Of a stretch of 64,000 bases of DNA, positions 41,149 to 49,739 are shown one piece after another; within the stretch, counting starts at the first letter, position 1, and each line of letters starts with the position of its first letter. Origin of the DNA: a virus. The stretch is taken from the IMG/VR virus record IMGVR_UViG_3300009147_000001, positions 32,001 through 96,000 of that record, one strand, 5' to 3'. The position numbers and the translations under genes are program-made. The notes beneath the pieces were generated by a model. That model was not told where the DNA came from and searched no databases. It worked only from the letters and a program-made list of their open reading frames with translations.

Positions 41149-43474
41149 AGGTATTTCCGGTGTAATAGACAGAGCTGTTTCGCTTTGCCAACCAGTTACC
41201 ATTTTTGGTAGTAACACACCATACTGTACCTATATATTGCTCACCCCCTATCTTGATGCCTCGGGGACCAGCAACATATTGCGCCCGCTGTGGATTAATA
41301 AATCGACTCGTCAGTAATCCCAAAACCCAACCGTTGTTGCCATCCTTTGTTCGTGGTCTTATACTAGTAGCTATACCAATGAGTGAGCAGGCCAATTGAA
41401 CGGCAAATAGCTGCTCCTTACTCTCCTGATATATGACTTTTTGACATGATTCATAGCCGTCTTTATACTGTTTTCCGACTGTTCCATCCCCTAGCATAGA
41501 TATATCAACAAACAATTTTAATTGTGAAAATGTGAGATCCATAATGAACTGTGGATCAACTATCTTGTGGTCTAGGAATACCTTCTTGAATTCTCTTCCC
41601 AAAACTTTTCCTATATTAAATCGTGTCATATTCGGACTTGTTGCATAAATGCGGTCAGACCAATATTCAAACGCATGATAACTATCACCCAGGTGTGGGT
41701 TGGGACAGAGTTCAGTAAGTGCACGTCGTATTCGCGCTACATTATCAGGATTTGCCACATGAGATTGATGAATGGTTAACCCATCACCTCTACTGCCATT
41801 CCTCGATCCTTCAGCCCACAGCCACGCGACTAGTTCCACGAAAGCATCTGTATACTTTGGCTCGGTGGGTACAGTTGCACATACCGCAGCCTTCGGAATG
41901 CGATCGTCGGCAGTTAATGTTGCTGTTGTCCGCCAGGTCCAACCATTATCAGTTTCTGGTAATAAGTGCTCAATTGGTTTCAGCACCGATGGAAGTTTAG
42001 ATCCATCCTTTTTATAGCCTATACCTGGCCTTCGCTGAGTTAACCAACGATGATCAGGAGTGGTAAGAGCAGAAAAAGAATGTCCTTCCATCCTAATAAC
42101 ATCATGCGTCCCTGGGTTTAGTAATACCTTCTCAACGGTATCCCACTCACTCAAACCAGTTATTGGGTTAATCGAAAGCGTCTTGTCACCAACGACAACC
42201 TCATCATACCTTAACCAGCCACGCGCAGTGAGAATTTCAGTTTCTTCATCTACACAAGGCCCCACTATCCAAACGTGTTTATTAGGAATCATGAGTATTG
42301 GTTCGACTTCGCGTGCTCCCATGAATGTATTGTGGGTAGCAATATAGGAGCCGCCAGCTAGGTATAGATGAGATTTACTATCGACTGCAATACATTTCAT
42401 CCAAACTGGTCTCGTTATGGGCGTGATGGATGTAATAAATCTAAAGTAATGCTTGCGTCTCGGTAGCGCACGCTGTGCAGCTAACTTCCTTGGTAAGCTG
42501 AATACGTCTATGATATTACCTGTGTGGATTCGATAACACAGCTTCTTCGGTACACCATAGAGCTTACCCACTCTCTGTGACCGCACCACTCGTCCGCCAA
42601 GTGAGCAGATAAGTGAGTCTACTGCATCCACGAGATTTTTGTTTGTACTATCAAAGTCCACATGATTATTAGCCACTGAACCATCACTGTCCATGAGTCC
42701 ATGTAGAAGGTCCATTCGCTGTTCCACAGAGCCGTACAAGTACGTTGTTGGTACATGCTTAGTACCTAGTAATAGTTGCTCCCTTAATAAAACTCGTAGC
42801 CCATGGATTCTCCATGACGTACATCGATCCTTGTGCTCATGTCGCGTTACCTCCCACCCACGCGCGCTTATTTTGTCAATTATCCATGAATCAGAGTCCG
42901 GTATAGTAACGATACCATCGCTGCTACTACCATCGCCTAACCATACACCCAATACGTATGGGTCAATTGGAAGGTCCTTTTTCGCGTATTGTACTGGACC
43001 AGCCAATGTGATCGCATGATTTACCTCTGGCTTCTTTGATTTTGTATACAATGTTGAGGCAATTTTATTAGTGGTACGGACCGCGGGTTTGGTCATACGA
43101 CGAGAATCGGTTAGCGCCTTCCGCGCTGCTTTATCGTACGTTAACCATTCATGCTCACCATGAGCAACTAAGGTAGACCCGTCATCAAAAGTTACCAGAA
43201 AGGCATCAGTGCGAGCCTGTATATTGCTCGTACCTATAACGGTACATGGATGCCCGTGTTCGTCAAAGACAATATCACCATGCTCAAGTACTCCCATGGG
43301 CACCATGCCGTCAGGCGTGGGAATTGGCGTATTTACTTCTAAGAGTTTCCCGAACCGACGCCCACAGACGGGAATCTTAAATCTGGCGGTACTGTCATGA
43401 AACAGTCGCTGCTTTTCATGTGGCACATAGCCAATAAGGTCAAAGTACTTTTCCTTGGAAATAGCTAACGACAC
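41141..43474 (-). CDS. terL: terminase large subunit, N-terminal part with two inteins; ends TYD-stop
   Basis: PHEKQ, Walker A GRRFGK/T and WIVGP/TYD. Confidence 0.9.
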   Translation of the reverse strand: MSLAISKEKYFDLIGYVPHEKQRLFHDSTARFKIPVCGRRFGKLLEVNTPIPTPDGMVPMGVLEHGDIVFDEHGHPCTVIGTSNIQARTDAFLVTFDDGSTLVAHGEHEWLTYDKAARKALTDSRRMTKPAVRTTNKIASTLYTKSKKPEVNHAITLAGPVQYAKKDLPIDPYVLGVWLGDGSSSDGIVTIPDSDSWIIDKISARGWEVTRHEHKDRCTSWRIHGLRVLLREQLLLGTKHVPTTYLYGSVEQRMDLLHGLMDSDGSVANNHVDFDSTNKNLVDAVDSLICSLGGRVVRSQRVGKLYGVPKKLCYRIHTGNIIDVFSLPRKLAAQRALPRRKHYFRFITSITPITRPVWMKCIAVDSKSHLYLAGGSYIATHNTFMGAREVEPILMIPNKHVWIVGPCVDEETEILTARGWLRYDEVVVGDKTLSINPITGLSEWDTVEKVLLNPGTHDVIRMEGHSFSALTTPDHRWLTQRRPGIGYKKDGSKLPSVLKPIEHLLPETDNGWTWRTTATLTADDRIPKAAVCATVPTEPKYTDAFVELVAWLWAEGSRNGSRGDGLTIHQSHVANPDNVARIRRALTELCPNPHLGDSYHAFEYWSDRIYATSPNMTRFNIGKVLGREFKKVFLDHKIVDPQFIMDLTFSQLKLFVDISMLGDGTVGKQYKDGYESCQKVIYQESKEQLFAVQLACSLIGIATSIRPRTKDGNNGWVLGLLTSRFINPQRAQYVAGPRGIKIGGEQYIGTVWCVTTKNGNWLAKRNSSVYYTGNTYD
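41153..42256 (-). mobile_element. TerL intein 2 (368 aa, class 1)
   Basis: WIVGP/CVDEETEILTARGW...TTPDHRW...LVAWLWAEG...MLGDG...YYTGN/T. Confidence 0.92.
42329..43345 (-). mobile_element. TerL intein 1 (339 aa, class 3, Leu1) in the P-loop
   Basis: GK/LLEVNTPIPTPDG; WCT triad from HEW, KCIAV and ATHN/T; LGVWLGDG and LMDSDG endonuclease motifs. Confidence 0.9.
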
Positions 43475-43528
43475 GGCAACACCCGCCCTTCCTATTATTT
43501 AACTCCAGTACGACGGGCAGATAGTTCA

Positions 43529-43684
43529 TCAGTTTGGTGGTCGAGTCCACGGCATGGCTGGAATAAACCCACCAAACACAAAGTGCGCCGACAGTAGGGC
43601 TAGACCCAGGTATAGTAAATTAATGGCCGGATTGTCAATAAGTAAAGCCAGAATAAACACAATGAGTGCCGCAATAGCAAACAT
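43529..43684 (-). CDS. small two-TM membrane protein (51 aa, not in ORF track)
   Basis: Manual translation MFAIAALIVFILALLIDNPAINLLYLGLALLSAHFVFGG...; GAGGAG RBS. Confidence 0.65.
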   Translation of the reverse strand: MFAIAALIVFILALLIDNPAINLLYLGLALLSAHFVFGGFIPAMPWTRPPN

Positions 43685-43687
43685 GAG

Positions 43688-43915
43688 CTACTCCTCTCGC
43701 ACACGAATCCTATCCGGTGCTGGGTGGCGAGCAGTCATTTGTGTCGCTAAGTCTCGAATTGAATCCCGCTGGGCCTGCCTTAAAGTTGAAAAATCTGCAC
43801 AATTAGGGTCTGGACATGGGTCAATAATCGTTACCGAATACACACCATCGACGTCGACACTAAACACTGTTCGCGTGCCTGCACTATGACGACATTCCTG
43901 CATTATCGTAGCCAA
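43688..43915 (-). CDS. hypothetical protein
   Basis: Operonic ORF. Confidence 0.5.
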   Translation of the reverse strand: MATIMQECRHSAGTRTVFSVDVDGVYSVTIIDPCPDPNCADFSTLRQAQRDSIRDLATQMTARHPAPDRIRVREE

Positions 43916-43974
43916 TCGTTCACATCAATCTCCATTCATGACTATCACCCTTCCCCCATAACTATCACCACCAA

Positions 43975-44292
43975 TTACGTCATAATCGTTGTTTGGTGCA
44001 CAGTAAACGTGCCAGCCGATGCAGTAATGGTAAATTTGGCGTACGGGGTCAATGCGGTAAATGTCTGAGGTACAAAATTAACCATGGTTGGAGTGGTGGT
44101 AAACGCGGTATTCGTACCATCCATCGACCAGTCAATAGTAATAGCATAGGTAGCGGTGGTGTGGTTTTTAGTAATCGTCACTGTCTTCGCTGGCAGGCGA
44201 ATAAATCCACTATTCTCGGACGTGCTAGCTAGTAGCGTGTGATTTTCATACAATACTCGGGCTCGGTTCAGTTCCTTTGCATAAACGGCCAT
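43975..44292 (-). CDS. small beta-rich (virion-like) protein
   Basis: GGAGG RBS; WSMDG...YAKFTI pattern. Confidence 0.65.
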   Translation of the reverse strand: MAVYAKELNRARVLYENHTLLASTSENSGFIRLPAKTVTITKNHTTATYAITIDWSMDGTNTAFTTTPTMVNFVPQTFTALTPYAKFTITASAGTFTVHQTTIMT

Positions 44293-44339
44293 GCCCCACC
44301 GCCTCCGGCGTCAAACCCCACTGCAGCAAGGGTTTTTCC

Positions 44340-44840
44340 CTAAATCTTCTGATACGTGCCGGCGGTCAACCCTGGTAATGCACCAGTTGTCTGGGGGTGG
44401 CCAGCATATGGAGACCGGAAGGTTATATTGAAGTCGGTGCTTGGTCCGGCACCAGACGGAGTAACCGAACCAGTATCGTTAAATGTTGTCGTTGGCGCCG
44501 TAACGGTGCCCATCAACAAAAAGCTGCCGCCGGTCCGGCCATATACCTTATATGACGTGGCTCCGGTCACGGTAGTCCAGTTCACGTCAATCATTGACGT
44601 GGAGCCTGATGTTACCTGGTTAGCAGACGCAGCGCTCATGGCCGATTCGACGCCATCTTTAACATAGGTAATTTTGTAGTTGTAGGTCGCGGCGGCTAGG
44701 GTGCCACCAGTACCAGTGATGACACAGGTTGGTGCGGCGGGAGCATCACCTTGACCACCAGAAACGATGACAGCCATAGTTTCACCATTTGACCGGCGGT
44801 AAATAACGTTGTCGCCACGTAGCGCGCGCTTGACGGCCAT
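44340..44840 (-). CDS. Fn3/Ig-like domain protein (possible head or tail accessory)
   Basis: GGAGG RBS before MAVKRA; TYNYKIT...WTTVTGATSYKVYGRT. Confidence 0.7.
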   Translation of the reverse strand: MAVKRALRGDNVIYRRSNGETMAVIVSGGQGDAPAAPTCVITGTGGTLAAATYNYKITYVKDGVESAMSAASANQVTSGSTSMIDVNWTTVTGATSYKVYGRTGGSFLLMGTVTAPTTTFNDTGSVTPSGAGPSTDFNITFRSPYAGHPQTTGALPGLTAGTYQKI

Positions 44841-45103
44841 TATGCCTCCACTCGAATAACCTGATAGCTGTCCCAACTGCCAGCGTTCCAGAAAAATACT
44901 TTGACTTGTATGCCGTTTTCGATTACTGTTATACGTAAGCCGTCTTTTTCTCGTTCAACCTTTGCCTCACCATGAGTAATTATGCTGGTACCTTGACCGC
45001 TACTGTACACAACAACACTCGTTTTGTACTTTTTAGGTTCGTGCCACTGTAGTTGTTCGGCTAGCATTTCTTGGTAGCTTACTTCCTTACTCACTCCACT
45101 CAT
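44840..45103 (-). CDS. hypothetical protein
   Basis: AAGGGAG RBS; TAATG coupling. Confidence 0.6.
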   Translation of the reverse strand: MSGVSKEVSYQEMLAEQLQWHEPKKYKTSVVVYSSGQGTSIITHGEAKVEREKDGLRITVIENGIQVKVFFWNAGSWDSYQVIRVEA

Positions 45104-45114
45104 GGTACACTCCC

Positions 45115-45471
45115 TTACTCGCTATTTGCGCGTAACTCGTTCGTTGCTTCGGTTAGCACTTGGTCATAGATTTCTTCCCAAGCACTACGGTGATCGCGGG
45201 CTTCTACTTTCTCAGCCGGACCCATGGTCCGGTCAATGACGTATTTACTAGCGTTGAGTCGAATTCCTTCAATTTTAGAGCGAGTAGCTAAGTGACACAT
45301 GGCCATGACTGCTAGCGGTAGGTTTTCTTCGAGTAGTCGTTTGGCGACGTCAAAGTTTTTGCCAATTCCTTCTAGCGCATATTCCATGTGGAGCTTGGAT
45401 AGCGCCTCATCGGCATTCCAGGTATCTGAGATAAATCCCTCAAAACCTTCGAAGCTATCTCCTGCGGCCAT
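45115..45471 (-). CDS. putative terminase small subunit
   Basis: First gene of the structural operon; helical, IRLNASKYVIDRTMG pattern; GAGGAGG RBS. Confidence 0.5.
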   Translation of the reverse strand: MAAGDSFEGFEGFISDTWNADEALSKLHMEYALEGIGKNFDVAKRLLEENLPLAVMAMCHLATRSKIEGIRLNASKYVIDRTMGPAEKVEARDHRSAWEEIYDQVLTEATNELRANSE

Positions 45472-45516
45472 GTTTGCCTCCTCATTGAGAGCAAGTGTAA
45501 GCGTCATTGACAGCTT

Positions 45517-45546
45517 TGTCTAGCATGTGCTATGGTCCGTTGTCAA
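45517..45546 (-). promoter_or_regulatory. candidate promoter for the structural operon
   Basis: On - strand: TTGACA-N18-TAGACA, preceded by TGC. Confidence 0.45.
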
Positions 45547-46316
45547 AAAATTGACGAATTACATAATAAAATATTGACGCTTTATTATATCTAGGCTATA
45601 CCTCGATATCGCAGATATTATTTGAATTAGCTAACACGATAATTCAAACCGTCAAAATATTATAATTCAATAACTCACCAAAAACAAGGAGGACCCTGCC
45701 GGAATGTCCTTTTTATACCGTTTTGTTATAATATAGTTATTTTGTTCACATTTAATAACATTAATACCATTTCATACCCTTTTATGTGGTTTGTCCCATT
45801 TATACTATTATATCAGGATATCGAAATGCCTGAATTATCGTAAATTGGCGATTTATCCATTCAATCGGGTAAATACGACATATACGATATGTCGCATTTG
45901 GCGATTTATAAGCATAAGGGGTGAATTACTAGCATAGTGGGTGAAATATCGGGACATTTCGGACATATCGGGTCTACAGATGGCGCCATGTGGATCAAAA
46001 AAGTGTCCAAAATATCATAACTTGTTCTGAAATGTCCTATTTTGTCACCATTTTTATGCGTATTTTAGCCCAGATTTTTGAGCCCATATATACTAGTAAA
46101 TCCGGACATTTACGCATATAACCAACATTTGGGACTGTGCTATAGTGGTGATAGCGGGGGAAAAGGGACATAAGGTGGGAAACGGAACTTTCGGAAGTAT
46201 CCGAAAAGCCGGGGAAATCCTACCAAATCGTACTTTGACAAGACAATAGAGGAAATGCAGGATCTATCCGGATCTAAGGGGCTATGTCCAGACAAAAATG
46301 GACATAGGAGGACAAA

Positions 46317-46514
46317 GTGCCTCAAATCGGGATAAGTGACGGAAAACCCGTCATTTTCGCCCATGTCGGCGATATCGTATATAGCCCGAAAAACCACCCT
46401 TTCGAGGGAAGAATCACCTATGTCGGCAAATACGGAGTCAAAGTACGATGGATAGTACCTAACGGACAAAACTGGACAGAGTGGGTGTTAAAGGACACTC
46501 TGGGCATAAGCTGA
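46317..46514 (+). CDS. small hypothetical protein (IR cassette 1)
   Basis: GGACATAGGAGG leader; enclosed by IR pair. Confidence 0.75.
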   Translation: MPQIGISDGKPVIFAHVGDIVYSPKNHPFEGRITYVGKYGVKVRWIVPNGQNWTEWVLKDTLGIS

Positions 46515-46617
46515 CACAAGCGGACATAGCCTCCTAAATCCGGATAGATCTGGACATGCTCTCCTATATCCACCTATGTCCGGACAGGGTAGGGAAAAAC
46601 GGACATAGGAGCACAAA

Positions 46618-46857
46618 ATGCTAGAAATCAGAGTAAACCCGGACAAGACGGTGCAGATCCCTCTGATCGGGACATTCTTCACGTACCAGGGCGAATCGTA
46701 CGTAGTGCTCCGAACCACCACATACCAGGAGCAAGGCGACGATACGCTCATTCCGGTCTTTACGACCATAGCTCTCATTCTTCGCGTAAACGACGAAGGC
46801 GACGATCTGGGCGAAGAGACCAAAGAGGTCAACGCGGACGAACTGACTGAAATCTAG
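46618..46857 (+). CDS. small hypothetical protein (IR cassette 2)
   Basis: AAACGGACATAGGAG leader; enclosed by IR pair. Confidence 0.75.
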   Translation: MLEIRVNPDKTVQIPLIGTFFTYQGESYVVLRTTTYQEQGDDTLIPVFTTIALILRVNDEGDDLGEETKEVNADELTEI

Positions 46858-46962
46858 AAAAAACCGGATATAGGTGGATATAAGAGAGCATGTCCTCGCA
46901 CATTAGGTTCTATCCGGATCTATGGTGCTATGTCTGGACAGAAACGGACATAGGAGACAAAG

Positions 46963-47145
46963 ATGGGCATAGCAGCAGCAATCCTGAAAATCGTGTTGAT
47001 GGCGGTCGTTTCCATCCAAAACGCGACAATCTCGGACATGCAGGACAAGTCGGAGCATTTCCCGGTATGTCACAGCATAAGGGAAGATGAACCACCTTAT
47101 GACTGCGATTACGTCCATCACGCATGGATACCCCGTAACCGGTAA
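46963..47145 (+). CDS. small protein with signal-peptide-like N-terminus (IR cassette 3)
   Basis: AAACGGACATAGGAG leader; hydrophobic N-terminus. Confidence 0.7.
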   Translation: MGIAAAILKIVLMAVVSIQNATISDMQDKSEHFPVCHSIREDEPPYDCDYVHHAWIPRNR

Positions 47146-47247
47146 ATAACGGACATTCCAGACGTAGCATCATAAATCCGGATAGAACAGGACTAAGTCG
47201 GGTTTAGGGTCCATGTGCCGTAAAAACGGACACAGAGGACAAAAACC

Positions 47248-47841
47248 ATGAAATGGTTGAAAGTAGTCGCATTCGCCATAGTTGCCGCAGTCGCGGCATA
47301 CAAGTCATTCTGGCACATGTACGACCAAATCACCGTAAAGACCGCAGAATCTGACCCAATGGGCATATCGCCCTATATCCTCCCAATCTCCGTAGATGGG
47401 TTGTTAGTGGTCGCAGCGATCGAAATCCGGACAGCCAGGACATTAGGGCGATCTTGGGTTAAACTCCGCAAAAACCTCGTAGCGTACATAGGGTGCGGAA
47501 CCGGACTTCTCATGTCAGGGTGGGCAAACTGGAACTCAGTGGACAAATACACCCTGATCGCTGTAATATGGGCCATATGGCCCGTATTTGCCCTTTTCGC
47601 CTCACTTGAGGCCATTCTGGGCACAGTGCTACAAAAGCCGCGATCCAAGGCAAAGGCCGTGGTAGAACCAAAAACGGACACAACCGCCCAAAAGCCGAAG
47701 AAGTGGGCAGATCTGACGGAAGCGGAAAAGAAGGCAATCCGGTCAGAGCGGTCAAAGCGGGCAGCACTGACAAACCGGAGGAAAAAGGCCATAGCGGCCG
47801 AAGACGCCGCAATCGCCCAAGCAGAGCAAATCCTAGCGTAA
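47248..47841 (+). CDS. DUF2637-like membrane protein (IR cassette 4)
   Basis: AAYKSFWHM and PISVDGL motifs; four TM segments and a basic tail. Confidence 0.78.
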   Translation: MKWLKVVAFAIVAAVAAYKSFWHMYDQITVKTAESDPMGISPYILPISVDGLLVVAAIEIRTARTLGRSWVKLRKNLVAYIGCGTGLLMSGWANWNSVDKYTLIAVIWAIWPVFALFASLEAILGTVLQKPRSKAKAVVEPKTDTTAQKPKKWADLTEAEKKAIRSERSKRAALTNRRKKAIAAEDAAIAQAEQILA

Positions 47842-48266
47842 CAGCCAAAAGCGGCACATGGGCTCCAATCCCGACTTAGTCAGACATACTCTCCTATATC
47901 CTGCCATGCCCGGACAAAACGGACATTAGGCACTTAATAGGCGGTTCACACTTTGTCACCATAAGGTTCACTGTCAGGTTTCCGACAGATCAACATCCCT
48001 TTTGGGGTCTTGTGCTCAGAAATATCGTACATGTCTAGATTTAACCGCATATATCAGGGCAAGTTTTGGCATGATATAAGCGAAGAATCGGACATATCAC
48101 GAAAACCCGGGCGGAGTAGACTGGAGGAAACAGGTGGGAACGGAAGCATCCGGCAAATCCGGACAGCCCGGGGAAACCCTCCAAAATCGGACATTGACAC
48201 CTAAACAGTGACAGACGAGGGCTTACCCGGCCCTATCCTCTCATGTCTGGGCGGAAACGGACAGAA

Positions 48267-48509
48267 ATGGACATTTACCACATTCACCCATACATGGTAC
48301 GACCCGTCCGAAGCTGCACCAAAGCAGACATCCAGCGCCAAATGGACAGACTTCGCAGCGAGGGACAGATCGAACCTATCGTGGTAAAACCGCCGAAAAT
48401 GGGACAATACGAGCCAGATCGGGAGCATCCCGACTACTGGTACTACTCACCCGAAATGGTCGAAGCGGCCATAAGGCTCGGATGGGATGAAATACTCGTA
48501 ACCTACTAA
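48267..48509 (+). CDS. small protein with weak ParB-N-like pattern (IR cassette 5)
   Basis: LRSEGQIEPIVV...AAIRLGW; AAACGGACA leader. Confidence 0.65.
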   Translation: MDIYHIHPYMVRPVRSCTKADIQRQMDRLRSEGQIEPIVVKPPKMGQYEPDREHPDYWYYSPEMVEAAIRLGWDEILVTY

Positions 48510-48629
48510 TCTAGTAGATGTCTAGACATGAGGGGTTAAGACCGGGTAAGCCCTAGGTTGTACGGATTTGTAGCGGTATGTCCAAGAATCCCCAAGATCA
48601 ACAGCTAGAAACGGATAAAGGGGACAAAA

Positions 48630-48854
48630 ATGGACAATCAAGGCAAGCTCAGCAAAGTACACAACATGCTCGAAAAGGGACAGATCAGCCTAATCGACGC
48701 ACAGGTGTACATTGACGACATCTCCCGCGAAACCAGCGCATTGTGGGGCCAGTACCCCAAAACCCTCCAGAGCTGCCCATTGTGCACCATCGGGATGGTC
48801 CGGATGATCGTGTACTTTCTGCGCATTCGCGACGGTTCGGTCGTAGCTGACTAA
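48630..48854 (+). CDS. small hypothetical protein (IR cassette 6)
   Basis: AAACGGATAAAGGGACA leader; enclosed by IR pair. Confidence 0.7.
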   Translation: MDNQGKLSKVHNMLEKGQISLIDAQVYIDDISRETSALWGQYPKTLQSCPLCTIGMVRMIVYFLRIRDGSVVAD

Positions 48855-48903
48855 CACCAGCAAAAAGGACATACCGCTACATGTCCGTACAAAAGGAGGG
48901 AAG

Positions 48904-49101
48904 ATGGCCGTAAAATGGCCAAAACGGATATTCCCCTGGGAAGAGCCCATGTCGGACTACGCACGCAGAGCGCGCATGGCCGACAAAACGGACAAGGAGC
49001 CCAAAATCCACGTATCGGTGCACATCAGGGTAACTGCCACCGAACGGGCATTACGGTTCGATTTCAGCAAACCGGACCAAACGGAGCTGTGGGGCTTCTA
49101 G
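48904..49101 (+). CDS. hypothetical protein
   Basis: AAGGAGG RBS. Confidence 0.6.
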   Translation: MAVKWPKRIFPWEEPMSDYARRARMADKTDKEPKIHVSVHIRVTATERALRFDFSKPDQTELWGF

Positions 49102-49223
49102 GAAGGAACGGACAATGTTGACACTTAGGGCACACTGGCGCAAAGCGCGCTGGGCCTGGACAAGCCGGCGAAACGGACAGTACCGGTTCAAGGTACATTC
49201 CGTCTAGAACGGAGAAAACGGAC

Positions 49224-49364
49224 ATGTCAGACAAAGACCTCGAATACCTCAACTGGCTCGAAACCGTCCTGTGGGACGAAACGGAGAAATCGTACATCTC
49301 CGACTTCCTGCGCTTTATGGCTGCATTCGACCATTACGTCGGAAGGTACCGCAAAAACGGCTAA
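49224..49364 (+). CDS. hypothetical protein (46 aa, not in ORF track)
   Basis: GGAGAAAACGGAC-ATG; reads MSDKDLEYLNWLE...; hairpin begins at its stop. Confidence 0.6.
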   Translation: MSDKDLEYLNWLETVLWDETEKSYISDFLRFMAAFDHYVGRYRKNG

Positions 49365-49448
49365 TCGGACAGTTTACATCATACGCACCATATGGTGCGT
49401 ATGGTGTAACCTGCCCGAGAGCAGGCAAAACGGACAAAGGAGCAAACA

Positions 49449-49739
49449 GTGAATAACTGGGCATCCGGGATCTACTACCCAGATACGAAAAGCACGAACG
49501 AATTCGTGTCCAACACGACATTTGGGCATGCACTACGCACCATGCTCAAAGAGGCCCAAGAGCGGACAAACGACGCTTACGACAACAACGACCACGAAAC
49601 TGGCAAAATGTACGAAGTGCTCGTTGCAGACATTCGCGACATCGCCGACGACGAGGGCATCATGGACGATCCGGACATGTGGGAGGAACAGACCTTTTAC
49701 CTCGATGACGACACCGAGTGGTACATCGGACAATACTGA
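49449..49739 (+). CDS. acidic hypothetical protein
   Basis: AAACGGACAAAGGAG leader. Confidence 0.7.
   Translation: MNNWASGIYYPDTKSTNEFVSNTTFGHALRTMLKEAQERTNDAYDNNDHETGKMYEVLVADIRDIADDEGIMDDPDMWEEQTFYLDDDTEWYIGQY

Larger units (their letters stand above)
46261..48892 (+). repeat. array of six inverted-repeat pairs, each enclosing one gene
   Basis: Arms at 46261-289/46522-550, 46552-583/46864-895, 46907-938/47157-188, 47191-220/47852-881, 48218-252/48520-554 and 48558-583/48867-892, aligned by hand. Confidence 0.92.

Noticed and set aside
41149-41217. ORF-track start of the TerL C-terminal ORF (MLLPKMV...)
   Set aside because: It lies within intein 2 coding sequence in another frame; terminase-like sequence begins only at DLGEKEF.
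13290-45523. Numerous + strand ORFs opposite the structural genes, and - strand ORFs such as 59551-60243 elsewhere
   Set aside because: They are antisense shadows of well-supported genes, without RBS or recognisable motifs.
46140-46469. Minus-strand ORFs across the cassette region
   Set aside because: They run through IR arms and oppose genes that have clear RBS and leader motifs.
46261-48892. IS or MITE elements with terminal inverted repeats
   Set aside because: No transposase and no target-site duplications; arm mismatches are G-U-biased on one strand, which favours an RNA or ssDNA structure over TIRs.
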